A stretch of DNA of 64,000 nucleotides, from contig DJIW01000128.1 of assembly GCA_002433805.1 (NCBI GenBank), forward strand, positions 15,472 to 79,471, given 5' to 3'. Of the stretch, positions 19,939 to 29,759 are shown piece by piece (the stretch's first letter is position 1; every line of letters starts with the position of its first letter). Source of the stretch: Competibacteraceae bacterium UBA6584. Its GTDB lineage: Bacteria > Pseudomonadota > Gammaproteobacteria > Competibacterales > Competibacteraceae. Both the position numbers and the translations under genes were made by a program. The notes under the pieces were generated by a model, which worked only from the letters and a program-made list of their open reading frames with translations, ran no database searches and was not told where the DNA came from.

Positions 19939-20784
19939 TCACGCGCCGGTGGCGACCGGTCGGGCAGGGTCGCGAATCCACTCGCTCCACGAGCCCGCGT
20001 ACAGGCGCGAGCCGTTCAATCCGGCGGCTTCCATCGCCAACAGGTTGTGGCAGGCCGTCACGCCGGAACCGCAACTGTGCACGACCGCCGACGCCGGCCG
20101 CCCGTCCAGCAGCGCCAAAAATCGTTCCCGCTGCTCGTCGGCTGGCCGAAACCGGCCATCGGCTGTCAAATTGTCTTCCGTGGGTAAATTGACCGCGCCC
20201 GGAATGTGGCCGGCCACAGGGTCGATAGGTTCCATCTCGCCCCGATAGCGGGCCGCTCCCCGCGCATCCACCAACAGCTCTTGCTCGGCCAAGGTCGCGA
20301 CCCGCGCCGCCGTCAACCACAAGCGGTCGTCCGGCCGCGCCTCGAACCGCAGGGGCCGGATCACGGGCGGTCGCGCGGCCAGAGGCAACCCGGCTTGCAG
20401 CCATGCTTGAAAACCCCCGTCCAGCACCGCGCAAGCGCCGTGACCCAGCCAGCGCAGCAGCCACCACAAGCGGGCGGCGGCCAGTATCCCACCCATGTCG
20501 TCGTAGGCGATGACCTGGGTGTCGCGGCCGATGCCCCACGCCCCCAGTTTTTGCGCCAGCCGCGTCGGATCGGGCAGTGGATGGCGACCGGCGGCGGGCG
20601 TGATGGGACCGGATAAATCTTCATCCAAATGAGCGTAACGCGCGCCGGGGAGATGGCTTTGCGCATACGCGCGCCGGCCGGCTTCGGGATCGCTCAAGCT
20701 GAAGCGGCAGTCCATGACGATCCAATCGGGATCGTCGAGATGAGCGTTTAGGGTTTCGGGGTCAATCAGGGTGTTGTAGCTCAT
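19939..20784 (-). CDS. sseA: 3-mercaptopyruvate sulfurtransferase (two-domain rhodanese)
   Basis: GRHPLP, LDGG, GHIPGA, active-site CGSGVTAC, LYAGSWSEW. Confidence 0.92.
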   Translation of the reverse strand: MSYNTLIDPETLNAHLDDPDWIVMDCRFSLSDPEAGRRAYAQSHLPGARYAHLDEDLSGPITPAAGRHPLPDPTRLAQKLGAWGIGRDTQVIAYDDMGGILAAARLWWLLRWLGHGACAVLDGGFQAWLQAGLPLAARPPVIRPLRFEARPDDRLWLTAARVATLAEQELLVDARGAARYRGEMEPIDPVAGHIPGAVNLPTEDNLTADGRFRPADEQRERFLALLDGRPASAVVHSCGSGVTACHNLLAMEAAGLNGSRLYAGSWSEWIRDPARPVATGA

Positions 20785-20799
20785 GAGTGTCCAGGACGT

Positions 20800-21645
20800 T
20801 CAAGGCGCGGGAGCCAACCATTCTAGCCGGGTTCGAGCTTCAACGCCGAGCCGCAGCCGGCGCGATAGTTCGGGCAGCCATCGCTTCAAAGCTCGATCGA
20901 GCTTCCACGGCGGATTGATCAGGATCATACCGCAGCCGCGCAGCCCCGGCGGCCCGCCATCCGCATAAAGCTCCAGTTCGGCGCACAAAATCGCGGGAAT
21001 CGCCGACGCTTGCAAGGCACGCTGGAACCTCAGGCTCGGGGCGCGGTCGAGGATCGGATACCAGATCGCGATGATGCCGTTGGCCCAGCGGCGGTGGATC
21101 AGACTCACCGCCCCCGCCACCCGTTCAAACTCGTCCTTGCGCTCGTACGCCGGGTCCAACAGCACCAGCCCGCGCCGTTCCGGCGGCGGCAGCAACGACT
21201 CCAGCAGCGCATAACCGTCGCCATGTCGGACCGCTACTTGCCGGTCGCCCTCGAACTCGGCCGCCAGTTGCGGAAACTCACCGGGATGAAGTTCGGTCAG
21301 CACCAACTTGTCGCCAGGCCGCAATAAATCGCGAATGATGCGGGGAGAGCCGGGATACCAGCGCAGCGGCCCGGTTGGATTGAGCGCTCGAACCCGTTCC
21401 AGATAGCCATCGAGTTCGAGGCCGAGCCCGGTTTGACCCCACAGCTGACCGACGCCATCGTCGAACTCGCGGTTTTTTTGAGCCGGCGCCGAAGTTAAAT
21501 CGTAACGTCCGGCCCCGGCGTGCGTGTCGAAGACCCGAAAGGGTTTGTCCTTGTCGCGCAGCGCCTGAATCAAAGCCACCAGCACCGCGTGTTTAAACAC
21601 ATCGGCGAAATTGCCGGCATGAAACCCGTGACGGTAGCCGAGCAT
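20800..21645 (-). CDS. rlmJ: 23S rRNA m6A2030 methyltransferase
   Basis: YRHGFHAGNFADVFKH, DTHAGAG, YPGSP, DPAYE, INPPW. Confidence 0.93.
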   Translation of the reverse strand: MLGYRHGFHAGNFADVFKHAVLVALIQALRDKDKPFRVFDTHAGAGRYDLTSAPAQKNREFDDGVGQLWGQTGLGLELDGYLERVRALNPTGPLRWYPGSPRIIRDLLRPGDKLVLTELHPGEFPQLAAEFEGDRQVAVRHGDGYALLESLLPPPERRGLVLLDPAYERKDEFERVAGAVSLIHRRWANGIIAIWYPILDRAPSLRFQRALQASAIPAILCAELELYADGGPPGLRGCGMILINPPWKLDRALKRWLPELSRRLRLGVEARTRLEWLAPAP

Positions 21646-21676
21646 CGTCGGCTACCGTCGGTCGGCCGCCGAGCGC

Positions 21677-22771
21677 TCAGGCCGCATACTGCCGGAGCCG
21701 CACCGGGCGCCGCCGCGCCCCCCAAGTCCCCGGCTTGGCTTCGAACACGCCGGCGCAAGGCGCGCCGCACGCGCCGCAACATCCCTCGGCGGTCAGATTC
21801 CAAGCCCCCAAAGCGTACCAGTCGCGGCCGATCAATTTCTGGCCGCAGCCGTGACAGTAGGTGCTGCCGCCCTTTTCATCGTGCACGTTGCCGGTGTAGG
21901 CGTAGCGGACCCCGTTCTTGATCGCGATGCGCCGGGCCCGGCTCAAAGTCGAGGGCGGGGTCGGCGAATGGTGGCCCATCTTCCAGTCCGGATGAAAGGC
22001 GGTGAAATGCAGCGGCACATCCGGTCCCAGATTTTCCACCACCCATTGGGTCAGCGCCTCCAGTTCCGCGTCGGTATCGTTTTCGCCGGGAATCAATAAG
22101 GTGGTGATCTCAAACCAAACCTGAGTTTCCCGCTTGAGATAGATCAGCGTATCCAGCACCGGCTGCAAGTGGCCACCGCAAATCTTCCAATAGAAATCGT
22201 CCGAGAACGCCTTAAGATCGACGTTGGCGGCATCCATGTACCGGTAAAACTCCCGGCGGGGCTCGTCGCACAGGTAACCGGCGGTGACGGCGACCGACTT
22301 GATGCCGTACTCCCGACAGGCGCTCGCCACGTCGATGGCGTATTCCATGAAGATGACCGGATCGTTATAGGTATAGGCGACGCTGCGGCAGCCCAATTCG
22401 TGCGCCACCCGCGCCAGCTTCTCCGGCGAGGCGGCGTCGGCCAAGGTATCCATTTCGCGGGACTTGCTCATGTCCCAGTTCTGGCAGAACTTGCAGGCCA
22501 GATTGCAGCCGGCGGTGCCGAACGACAGCACCGAGGTGCCGGGCAGGAAATGGTTGAGCGGCTTTTTTTCGATCGGATCGATGCAAAAACCGCTGGAGCG
22601 GCCGTAGCTGGTCAGCTTGATCGCGCCGTCGTGGCAGCCGCGCACGAAACATAAACCTTGCTGCCCTTCGTGCAGCTTGCAGTAGCGCGGGCAAACATCG
22701 CACTGGATCCGGCCGTCGTCGAGGACATGCCAGTAGCGGGTCGGGAAAAACTCGGTGGTCAACGGACTCAT
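21677..22771 (-). CDS. amrS: AmmeMemoRadiSAM system radical SAM enzyme
   Basis: CDVCPRYC N-terminus, DPIEKKPLNHF, CNLACKFCQN radical SAM motif, AYTYNDP. Confidence 0.92.
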   Translation of the reverse strand: MSPLTTEFFPTRYWHVLDDGRIQCDVCPRYCKLHEGQQGLCFVRGCHDGAIKLTSYGRSSGFCIDPIEKKPLNHFLPGTSVLSFGTAGCNLACKFCQNWDMSKSREMDTLADAASPEKLARVAHELGCRSVAYTYNDPVIFMEYAIDVASACREYGIKSVAVTAGYLCDEPRREFYRYMDAANVDLKAFSDDFYWKICGGHLQPVLDTLIYLKRETQVWFEITTLLIPGENDTDAELEALTQWVVENLGPDVPLHFTAFHPDWKMGHHSPTPPSTLSRARRIAIKNGVRYAYTGNVHDEKGGSTYCHGCGQKLIGRDWYALGAWNLTAEGCCGACGAPCAGVFEAKPGTWGARRRPVRLRQYAA

Positions 22772-22922
22772 CACGGCCTCCTTCGCAAAGGCTCTCATCG
22801 TTAGCCGGCCGGCGTCGCCGCCGGCCGCCTAAAGTTTTATACTACTATTTTCCCTATCATCGGATGAAGTTTGCGCCCTATACTCTAATTAAGCAGTATT
22901 CGCAAACTCTCGGGAGGGCGTC

Positions 22923-23711
22923 ATGCACACCGTACGCACACCTGCCGTCGCCGGCTTGTTCTATCCGGCCGATACCGCTGAACTGCACGCGCAAGTGCGG
23001 CATTTTCTGACCGAGGTCGAAGCGCCGGCCGGTTCGCCGCCCAAGGCCATCATCGCCCCGCACGCCGGCTATATCTATTCCGGACCCGTCGCCGCCTCGG
23101 CCTACGCGCGGCTGCAAGCGGCCCGAGGCTTGATCGCCCGCGTCCTATTGCTTGGACCCAGCCATCGCGTGGGGTTCCGAGGCATCGCCGCCAGCGCGAT
23201 GACGGCGTTCGAAACCCCGCTCGGTTCGATCCCCGTGGACCAAGAGGCAGTGACGGCCGCCCGACAATTGCCGGATGTCGGCGTTCTGGAACAGGCCCAC
23301 GCCCGCGAACATAGTTTAGAGGTGCATCTACCGTTCTTGCAGGAGGTGCTCGGAAGCTTTTCGCTGGTGCCGCTGGTGGTCGGCGAAGCCCGGCCCTCGC
23401 AAGTCGGTCAAGTCTTGGAAACGCTGTGGGGCGGCCCAGAAACCCTGATCGTGATCAGTTCCGACCTCAGTCACTACCTGGACTATCAGAACGCGCGCCA
23501 ACTGGATCAAGCCACGTCAAAAGCCATCGAAGCCCTGCGCTTCGAGGACATCAGTTACGAACAAGCCTGCGGGCGCAATCCGGTCAACGGCTTGTTATGG
23601 GTGGCGCGCCGCAAGAACTTGCAGGTGGAAACCCTCGATTTGCGCAACTCCGGCGACACCGCCGGCTCGCGCGATCAGGTGGTGGGCTACGGCGCTTATG
23701 CCTTCCACTGA
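22923..23711 (+). CDS. amrB: AmmeMemoRadiSAM system protein B (MEMO1 family)
   Basis: PAVAGLFYP, PHAGYIYSG, EHSLEV, SSDLSHY, ACG, NSGD, VVGYGA. Confidence 0.93.
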   Translation: MHTVRTPAVAGLFYPADTAELHAQVRHFLTEVEAPAGSPPKAIIAPHAGYIYSGPVAASAYARLQAARGLIARVLLLGPSHRVGFRGIAASAMTAFETPLGSIPVDQEAVTAARQLPDVGVLEQAHAREHSLEVHLPFLQEVLGSFSLVPLVVGEARPSQVGQVLETLWGGPETLIVISSDLSHYLDYQNARQLDQATSKAIEALRFEDISYEQACGRNPVNGLLWVARRKNLQVETLDLRNSGDTAGSRDQVVGYGAYAFH

Positions 23712-24291
23712 AACACTGTCGCGCCAAGACCGCGCCAGCTTGCTTGAGGTCGCCCGGCGGTCGATCCGGCACGGCCTGGAACAGGGCGAGGCGCTGGCCG
23801 TCAATCCGGAGCTCTACCCCGAAACCTTGCGGCCGACGCGGGCGACTTTTGTGACCCTGGAACTCGACGGCCAACTGCGCGGCTGCATCGGTACGCTGGC
23901 GGCCCATCAGCCGCTGGTGCAAGACGTGGCGGAACACGCCCATGCCGCCGCTTTCGACGATCCCCGCTTCCCGGCGGTGAGCGCAAGAGAATTTCCGCTT
24001 CTCGAAGTTTACGTTTCGGTGTTGTCGCCTCTAGAACCGTTACCGTTCGATTCCGAGGAACGCTTGCTGGCGCAATTACGGCCAGGCGTGGATGGACTGA
24101 TCTTGCACTTCCGCGACCATCGCGCCACGTTTTTACCGGCGGTGTGGGAAACTTTATCCGAGCCTTACCTGTTTCTGGCCCAACTCAAGCACAAGGCCGG
24201 ATTGCCGCTGAATTTCTGGTCGCCGGAGCTGCGGGCGGAGCGCTACACCACCGAGTATTTCGGCGACGCCGATGTCGCCGGCGCTCGCTGA
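23698..24291 (+). CDS. amrA: AmmeMemoRadiSAM system protein A (AMMECR1 family)
   Basis: ATFVTL, LRGCIG, DPRF, ATFLPAVW, KAGL; overlaps amrB. Confidence 0.92.
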   Translation: MPSTETLSRQDRASLLEVARRSIRHGLEQGEALAVNPELYPETLRPTRATFVTLELDGQLRGCIGTLAAHQPLVQDVAEHAHAAAFDDPRFPAVSAREFPLLEVYVSVLSPLEPLPFDSEERLLAQLRPGVDGLILHFRDHRATFLPAVWETLSEPYLFLAQLKHKAGLPLNFWSPELRAERYTTEYFGDADVAGAR

Positions 24292-24304
24292 TACCGCGCG
24301 CCTC

Positions 24305-24964
24305 TCAGGCGGACGGAGCGAGCGCGGAAGGCGAAAGCACGGCGGACCGCCGCAACCGCTTGAGATCGGCGGGCGTATCCACATCCCAACCGACCGGCAA
24401 TTCAAACCACGCTATCCCGGCTTGTCGCAACCGGCGGCGGGTCGTCGCCATCACCGTCGGCGCGCTCCAGGGAATCGCTCGAAACATCGGCGGACAGGGG
24501 CGACTCAACCCGACCAACACATAACCGCCATCCCGCGCCGGCCCCAGCACCGCATCGTAACCCGAGGCGAGTCGCTCGAACGCGGCGCGCAGTTCCGCCG
24601 CGCCCACCGACGCGCAATCGCCGCCGATCAACACCGCTTGACGGCCTTCCCGCAACGCTTGATCGAGCGCGTGCTTCATCCGCCGCCCGAGATCGCCCGC
24701 GCCTTGCCGGCGCAGCCGAACGCCGTACGCGCGCCGGCAATGGCTGAAAAAACCGTGCCTTGCATCCGGCGCGCACCACAGCTCGACAGGACATAGCCGG
24801 GCTGCTTGCGCCGTCTTCAACGTCCGAGCCAACAACTGCTGGTACACCCGCGCCGCGCCGCGCGTTCCCAACCGTCCGGCCAACCGAGTTTTGACCCGAC
24901 CGGGAACCGGAGCCTTGGCGAAGATCAGCAGGCGCGCGTTGGGGAACTCAAAAAAATCGTTCAC
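24305..24964 (-). CDS. TIGR04282/DUF2064-family glycosyltransferase-like protein
   Basis: IFAKAPVPGRVKTRL, QGAGDLG, IGGDC, GPARDGGY, DVDTPADL; GTG start overlapping the upstream stop (GTGA). Confidence 0.85.
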   Translation of the reverse strand: MNDFFEFPNARLLIFAKAPVPGRVKTRLAGRLGTRGAARVYQQLLARTLKTAQAARLCPVELWCAPDARHGFFSHCRRAYGVRLRRQGAGDLGRRMKHALDQALREGRQAVLIGGDCASVGAAELRAAFERLASGYDAVLGPARDGGYVLVGLSRPCPPMFRAIPWSAPTVMATTRRRLRQAGIAWFELPVGWDVDTPADLKRLRRSAVLSPSALAPSA

Positions 24965-25644
24965 GAACGGTAGTACATCCGAGCCAGCCGAGCGGGATCG
25001 GCGCCGAAAAAATACGCCAGCCGCAACCGCCACATCAAGAGGATCGTCCGCCAAACGCCGTCGCGCTCCCAACGCCGGCTGGAGGTTTGCAGGCGCTGGC
25101 GCAAGCAGACCGGCCGGCCGTGCCGCTTCAACAACCGGCTGAGCGCGATGTCTTCCATCAGGGCGATGGACGGATAACCGCCGATGCGCTCGAACAGCGC
25201 CCGACGCACGAAAATCCCCTGATCGCCGGTCGCGACGCCGCTCAGCCGGGAACGCAAATTCATCATGGTTTCGACGATTCGTAACGACGGCCGCCGACCG
25301 GAGAGACCCACATCGAACCGACCCCAGCCGGCTCCTGAAACCGCCATCGCCTCTCGAATCAAACGGGCGGCGTCCGGCGGCGGACGGCTATCGGCATGCA
25401 AGAACCAAAGAATGGAACCACCGGCCTGCTCCGCGCCCGCGTTCATTTGCAGCGCTCGGCCCTTGGGCGCGAGGACGACCCGATCCGCCAGCGGCGCGGC
25501 CAGAACCGCGCTTCGGTCTCGACTGCCACCGTCCGCGACGATCAATTCGCAGCGCTGCGCGCGCAATGCCTGCAAATCACGCAGACACTCGCCAAGCGTT
25601 TCAGCTTCGTTCAGCACCGGCATGATGATCGAAATGCGAGCCAT
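24961..25644 (-). CDS. TIGR04283-family GT2 glycosyltransferase
   Basis: SIIMPVLNEA, DGGS, QMNAGA, FLHADS, GDQGIF, LMED, TSSRRW. Confidence 0.88.
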   Translation of the reverse strand: MARISIIMPVLNEAETLGECLRDLQALRAQRCELIVADGGSRDRSAVLAAPLADRVVLAPKGRALQMNAGAEQAGGSILWFLHADSRPPPDAARLIREAMAVSGAGWGRFDVGLSGRRPSLRIVETMMNLRSRLSGVATGDQGIFVRRALFERIGGYPSIALMEDIALSRLLKRHGRPVCLRQRLQTSSRRWERDGVWRTILLMWRLRLAYFFGADPARLARMYYRS

Positions 25645-25720
25645 GATTTTCGAGCGCGAGGTCTAGCTTACAGGACTCGAAGATTGTATAGTGTCGGCCC
25701 TTCTTTAGTTTCATCATTTC

Positions 25721-25796
<76 letters not shown>

Positions 25797-25802
25797 ATAT
25801 TC

Positions 25803-25829
25803 AAGCCAGGCCGCTCGCCTGGCTTTTTT
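25803..25829 (+). terminator. Rho-independent terminator after tRNA-Ala
   Basis: AAGCCAGGC-cgctc-GCCTGGCTT followed by a T-run. Confidence 0.8.
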
Positions 25830-25877
25830 ATTGTCCGCATGCCAATGCTGGCGCACAGGCACTCATGGTGCAATAAC

Positions 25878-25977
25878 CAGGGCGTCTTACTGCAAAAACT
25901 CACTCGGCATGAAGCGCAACCGCATCTAGAAATACACCGCCTATCTTGAATTGCTGAGCCGGGAGGGCGAGTCATGA
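25878..25977 (+). pseudogene. Decayed 3' remnant of a Fic-family gene
   Basis: QGVLLQKLT/(+1 C)/[22 protein letters not shown] resembles the Fic C-terminus (GIxRELTGRKRNRxFxYxxYLxIL). Confidence 0.45.
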
Positions 25978-25996
25978 CGAATCGGGAACCTCACCT

Positions 25997-28504
25997 ATGC
26001 CCCTGACCCTGCCCCAACTCGAACGCCACCTGTTCAAAGCCGCCGATATCCTGCGCGGCAAGATGGACGCCTCCGAGTTCAAGGAATACATCTTCGGGAT
26101 GCTGTTCCTCAAACGCTGCTCCGACGTGTTCGACCAGCGCCGTGAAGAGGTAATCCATTTCGAAATGGATGGCGGCAAGAGCGAGGCCGAGGCGCGGTCA
26201 TCCGCCGATTACCCGCGCTGGTATAAGAAAGAGGGCTCGTTCTGGGTGCCGCCCGCGTCGCGTTATGCGTCCCTGCTCAACGACGCGCACCACAATGTCG
26301 GCGACTACCTAAACAAAGCGCTCACGGGCATTGAGACGGCCAACGCCAGCCTGTACGACGTGCTCCAGCACATCGACTTCACCCGCAAGGTCGGCCAGAG
26401 CAAGATTCCCGACATCAAGCTGCGCCAGCTCATCACCCACTTCGGCGCCTATCGGCTGCGCAACGAGGATTTCGAGTTCCCTGACCTGCTGGGCGCGGCC
26501 TATGAATACCTGATCGGCGAATTCGCCGATTCGGCGGGCAAGAAAGGCGGCGAATTCTACACGCCCCGCTCGGTGGTGCGGATGATGGTGCGGCTGATCA
26601 AGCCCGAGCCCAAGCTCGACATTTATGACCCCTGTTGCGGCTCCGGCGGCATGCTGATCGCCGCCAAGGAATATATCGACGAGCACGGCGAAGACGGCCG
26701 CAAGGCCAATCTGTTCGGCCAGGAGTTCAACGGCACGGTGTGGTCCATCGCCAAGATGAACATGCTGCTGCACGGCATCAGCACCGCCAACCTGCAGAAC
26801 GATGACACCCTGGCCGAGCCTCAGCACATCGAAGGTGGCGAGCTGATGCGCTTCGACCGCGTGCTGACCAATCCGCCGTTCTCGATCAACTGGGGCAACA
26901 CCGAGAAGAACGCCGACGGCACGTCCGCCTGGGCGCCGAAATTCCCGGAGCGCTTCCGCTACGGCCAGGTGCCGCTGGGCGCTAAGAAGGCCGACCTGAT
27001 GTTCGTGCAGCACATGCTGGCCGTCACCCGCGACGGCGGCAGGGTGGCCACCATTATGCCCCACGGCGTGCTGTTTCGAGGCGGGGAGGAAAAGACCATT
27101 CGCGCCGGCATCATCAAGGACGACCTGCTCGAAGCCGTGATCGGCGTCGCGCCCAACCTGTTCTACGGCACCGGTATCCCCGCCTGCATTCTGGTGCTGC
27201 GCCAGCAGGTGCAGAACGGCGCCCACCGCGTCAGCGGCAAACCCGCCGAACGCCGGGGCAAGGTATTGTTCATCAACGCCGACCGGGAATTCTTCGAAGG
27301 CCGAGCGCAGAACTACCTGCTGCCCGAGCACATCGAGAAGATCGTCAGCACCTTCGACGCATTTCGCGCCATCGCCGGCTTCTCTGTGATCGTGGACAAC
27401 GCCACGCTCAAGGCCAAGGCCAACGACTACAACCTCAACATCCGCCGCTACGCCGACAACGCCCCGCCGCCCGAGCCGCATGACGTGCGCGCGCACTTGG
27501 TGGGCGGCGTGCCTAAGGCCGAGGTGGAAGCCAAGGCGGCGCTGTTTGCCGCGCACGGTCTCAACCCGCTGGACCTGCTCGTCGAGCGTGACGCCAAATA
27601 CTTGGACTTTCGGCCCGAACTGACCAAGCGCCAGAACCTCAAACCCGCCATCATTGAGCACAACGCCGGCCTCACCGCCAAGGAGGCCGCCATCCGCGAT
27701 GCCTTCGATCAGTGGTGGCAGGCGCACAGCGCCCGCATCACTCAGCTTTCCGGACAGATGAACAACTCCGCCAGCCTCGTCGCTCTGCGCAGCGACCTGC
27801 TGGCCAGCTTCAGCGCATCCCTGGATGCCATCGGCCTGCTTGACCCTTTCCAGGTGCGCGGTATCGTCGCCGGCTTCTGGTACCAGACCAAATACGACTT
27901 CCTCACCCTGATGGCGCGCGGCGCCAGGGGCGTGGTCGACGCCTGGCGCACCAGCATCATCACCGCGCTGGAAGACAAAGCCAGCAAGGAAAGCCCGCTG
28001 GAGCACGAGCTGGTCAAGTTCCTGATGAGCGATTTCGTCGAGACTATCAACGACCTGGAGGCGAAAAAGGCCGATCTGGATAGCCAAATCAAGGCGGCAA
28101 GCCCCAAGGATGCCGAGGGCGAAGACGGCGAAACCGACGAGGCTGCGGAGGACGATGCCGACGAGGAGAACACGGTGAGCGAAGAACAGGTTAAGGCGTG
28201 GAAAAAGGAACTCGCCGCCGTCAAGAAGCAGCTCAAGGCGAAAAAGGACACTTTCACCGCTCACCTCAACCGCGAAGTCGATGGCCTGAGTCCCGAACAG
28301 GCCGCCGACTTGTTGCTGACCATCCTGCACAACGACATGCGCGCCATCGTCGAGCGCTACATCGCCGCCCAACGCAAGGCCATCGTCGCGGCTTTCGAGA
28401 ACTGGTGGGACAAGTACCGCGTGACACTGACCGAGATCGAGGGCGAGCGCGATGCGGCGGCCAAGGCATTGCAAGGGTTTTTGAAAGGGCTGGGGTATGT
28501 CTGA
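25997..28504 (+). CDS. hsdM: Type I RM methyltransferase subunit with long C-terminal extension
   Basis: [43 protein letters not shown]. Confidence 0.93.
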   Translation: MPLTLPQLERHLFKAADILRGKMDASEFKEYIFGMLFLKRCSDVFDQRREEVIHFEMDGGKSEAEARSSADYPRWYKKEGSFWVPPASRYASLLNDAHHNVGDYLNKALTGIETANASLYDVLQHIDFTRKVGQSKIPDIKLRQLITHFGAYRLRNEDFEFPDLLGAAYEYLIGEFADSAGKKGGEFYTPRSVVRMMVRLIKPEPKLDIYDPCCGSGGMLIAAKEYIDEHGEDGRKANLFGQEFNGTVWSIAKMNMLLHGISTANLQNDDTLAEPQHIEGGELMRFDRVLTNPPFSINWGNTEKNADGTSAWAPKFPERFRYGQVPLGAKKADLMFVQHMLAVTRDGGRVATIMPHGVLFRGGEEKTIRAGIIKDDLLEAVIGVAPNLFYGTGIPACILVLRQQVQNGAHRVSGKPAERRGKVLFINADREFFEGRAQNYLLPEHIEKIVSTFDAFRAIAGFSVIVDNATLKAKANDYNLNIRRYADNAPPPEPHDVRAHLVGGVPKAEVEAKAALFAAHGLNPLDLLVERDAKYLDFRPELTKRQNLKPAIIEHNAGLTAKEAAIRDAFDQWWQAHSARITQLSGQMNNSASLVALRSDLLASFSASLDAIGLLDPFQVRGIVAGFWYQTKYDFLTLMARGARGVVDAWRTSIITALEDKASKESPLEHELVKFLMSDFVETINDLEAKKADLDSQIKAASPKDAEGEDGETDEAAEDDADEENTVSEEQVKAWKKELAAVKKQLKAKKDTFTAHLNREVDGLSPEQAADLLLTILHNDMRAIVERYIAAQRKAIVAAFENWWDKYRVTLTEIEGERDAAAKALQGFLKGLGYV

Positions 28505-29759
28505 GTTCGTGACCCTCGGTGATCACATCTCTGTGCAGAAAGGCAAGGCGCCTCTCGCCAATGGTTACGCTGGAAAGGGAGCAGAACCTTATCTGAACCC
28601 CGAATACCTGCGCGGGCGAGCGCATGCCGAGCTCGTCAAAGCGGGACCGGATGCGGTGCGTGCCGTCGATGGCGACACGATTCTGCTATGGGACGGATCA
28701 AACGCAGGAGAGTTCTTCAGAGCAAAGGCCGGCCTGGTTGCATCGACGATGGCGAAGATTTCACCGAGCAAGGTGTTTTGCGCAGCGTATTTCCTTCATG
28801 TCGCCAAGTACATAGAGAGCTACCTAAAGAGCCAGACAAATGGCACTGGCATTCCGCACGTGGACCGGGATCTGCTCGAAGCGATACGGACCTTTTGTCC
28901 GAACTCCACAGAGCAGCGGGTAATTGCTGCAATCCTCGATACCCTCGACACCGCCATCCACAAAACCGAGGCGATCATCGCCAAGCTCAAGGCCGTCAAG
29001 CAGGGCCTGCTGCACGATCTGCTGACGCGCGGCATCGACGCCAACGGCGAACTGCGCCCGCCCCAGGCCGAAGCGCCGTATCTCTACAAGCAGTCGCCGC
29101 TGGGGTGGATTCCGAAGGAGTGGGACAGCAAGCAGCTTGCAGAGTTGCTAGGCGACATTGATCCGGCCATGCGCTCGGGCCCATTCGGCAGTGCGCTACT
29201 GAAGCAGGAATTGGTTGAAGCTGGACTCCCACTTCTCGGAATCGATAACGTCCACACTGAACGGTTCGTCGCCGACTACACGCGCTTCGTGACGCCGAAG
29301 AAGTTCGCACAACTGGTGCGCTATGCAGTTCGCCCCGACGACTTGATGATCACGATCATGGGCACTGTCGGGAGATGCTGCCTCGTACCGGAAGACATCG
29401 GCCAGGCTCTGTCCTCGAAGCATACTTGGACGATCTCCCTAAACCAAAACACATACTCACCGTATTTAGCGATGCTGCAGGTCAATTACTCTCCTTGGGT
29501 GCTGAGGCGTTTCGCCTGCGATCAGCAAGGCGGTACGATGGCTGCGATCCGGTCGGAAACGCTGCGATCCATGCGGCTTCCAGCGCCTCCGCGTGAGGAG
29601 CAGCGCCTTATGGAAGAGCGACTTCATGAAGTCAGTAAGAGAATCGATCTGGAAGTTGATTCACTTGCGAAGCACCATGCGGAGAAATCCGGCCTTATGG
29701 ACGACCTCCTCACCGGCCGCGTCCGCGTCACGCCGCTGCTGGAGGCCACCGCGCCATGA
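28497..29759 (+). CDS. hsdS: Type I RM specificity subunit
   Basis: Two TRDs each followed by a conserved helix (EQRVIAAIL...[12 protein letters not shown]; EEQR...[15 protein letters not shown]); overlaps hsdM. Confidence 0.92.
   Translation: MSEFVTLGDHISVQKGKAPLANGYAGKGAEPYLNPEYLRGRAHAELVKAGPDAVRAVDGDTILLWDGSNAGEFFRAKAGLVASTMAKISPSKVFCAAYFLHVAKYIESYLKSQTNGTGIPHVDRDLLEAIRTFCPNSTEQRVIAAILDTLDTAIHKTEAIIAKLKAVKQGLLHDLLTRGIDANGELRPPQAEAPYLYKQSPLGWIPKEWDSKQLAELLGDIDPAMRSGPFGSALLKQELVEAGLPLLGIDNVHTERFVADYTRFVTPKKFAQLVRYAVRPDDLMITIMGTVGRCCLVPEDIGQALSSKHTWTISLNQNTYSPYLAMLQVNYSPWVLRRFACDQQGGTMAAIRSETLRSMRLPAPPREEQRLMEERLHEVSKRIDLEVDSLAKHHAEKSGLMDDLLTGRVRVTPLLEATAP

Noticed and set aside
26309-28474. 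721-aa antisense ORF over hsdM
   Set aside because: Shadow ORF expected from GC-rich codon bias; no motifs, and hsdM is clearly the real gene
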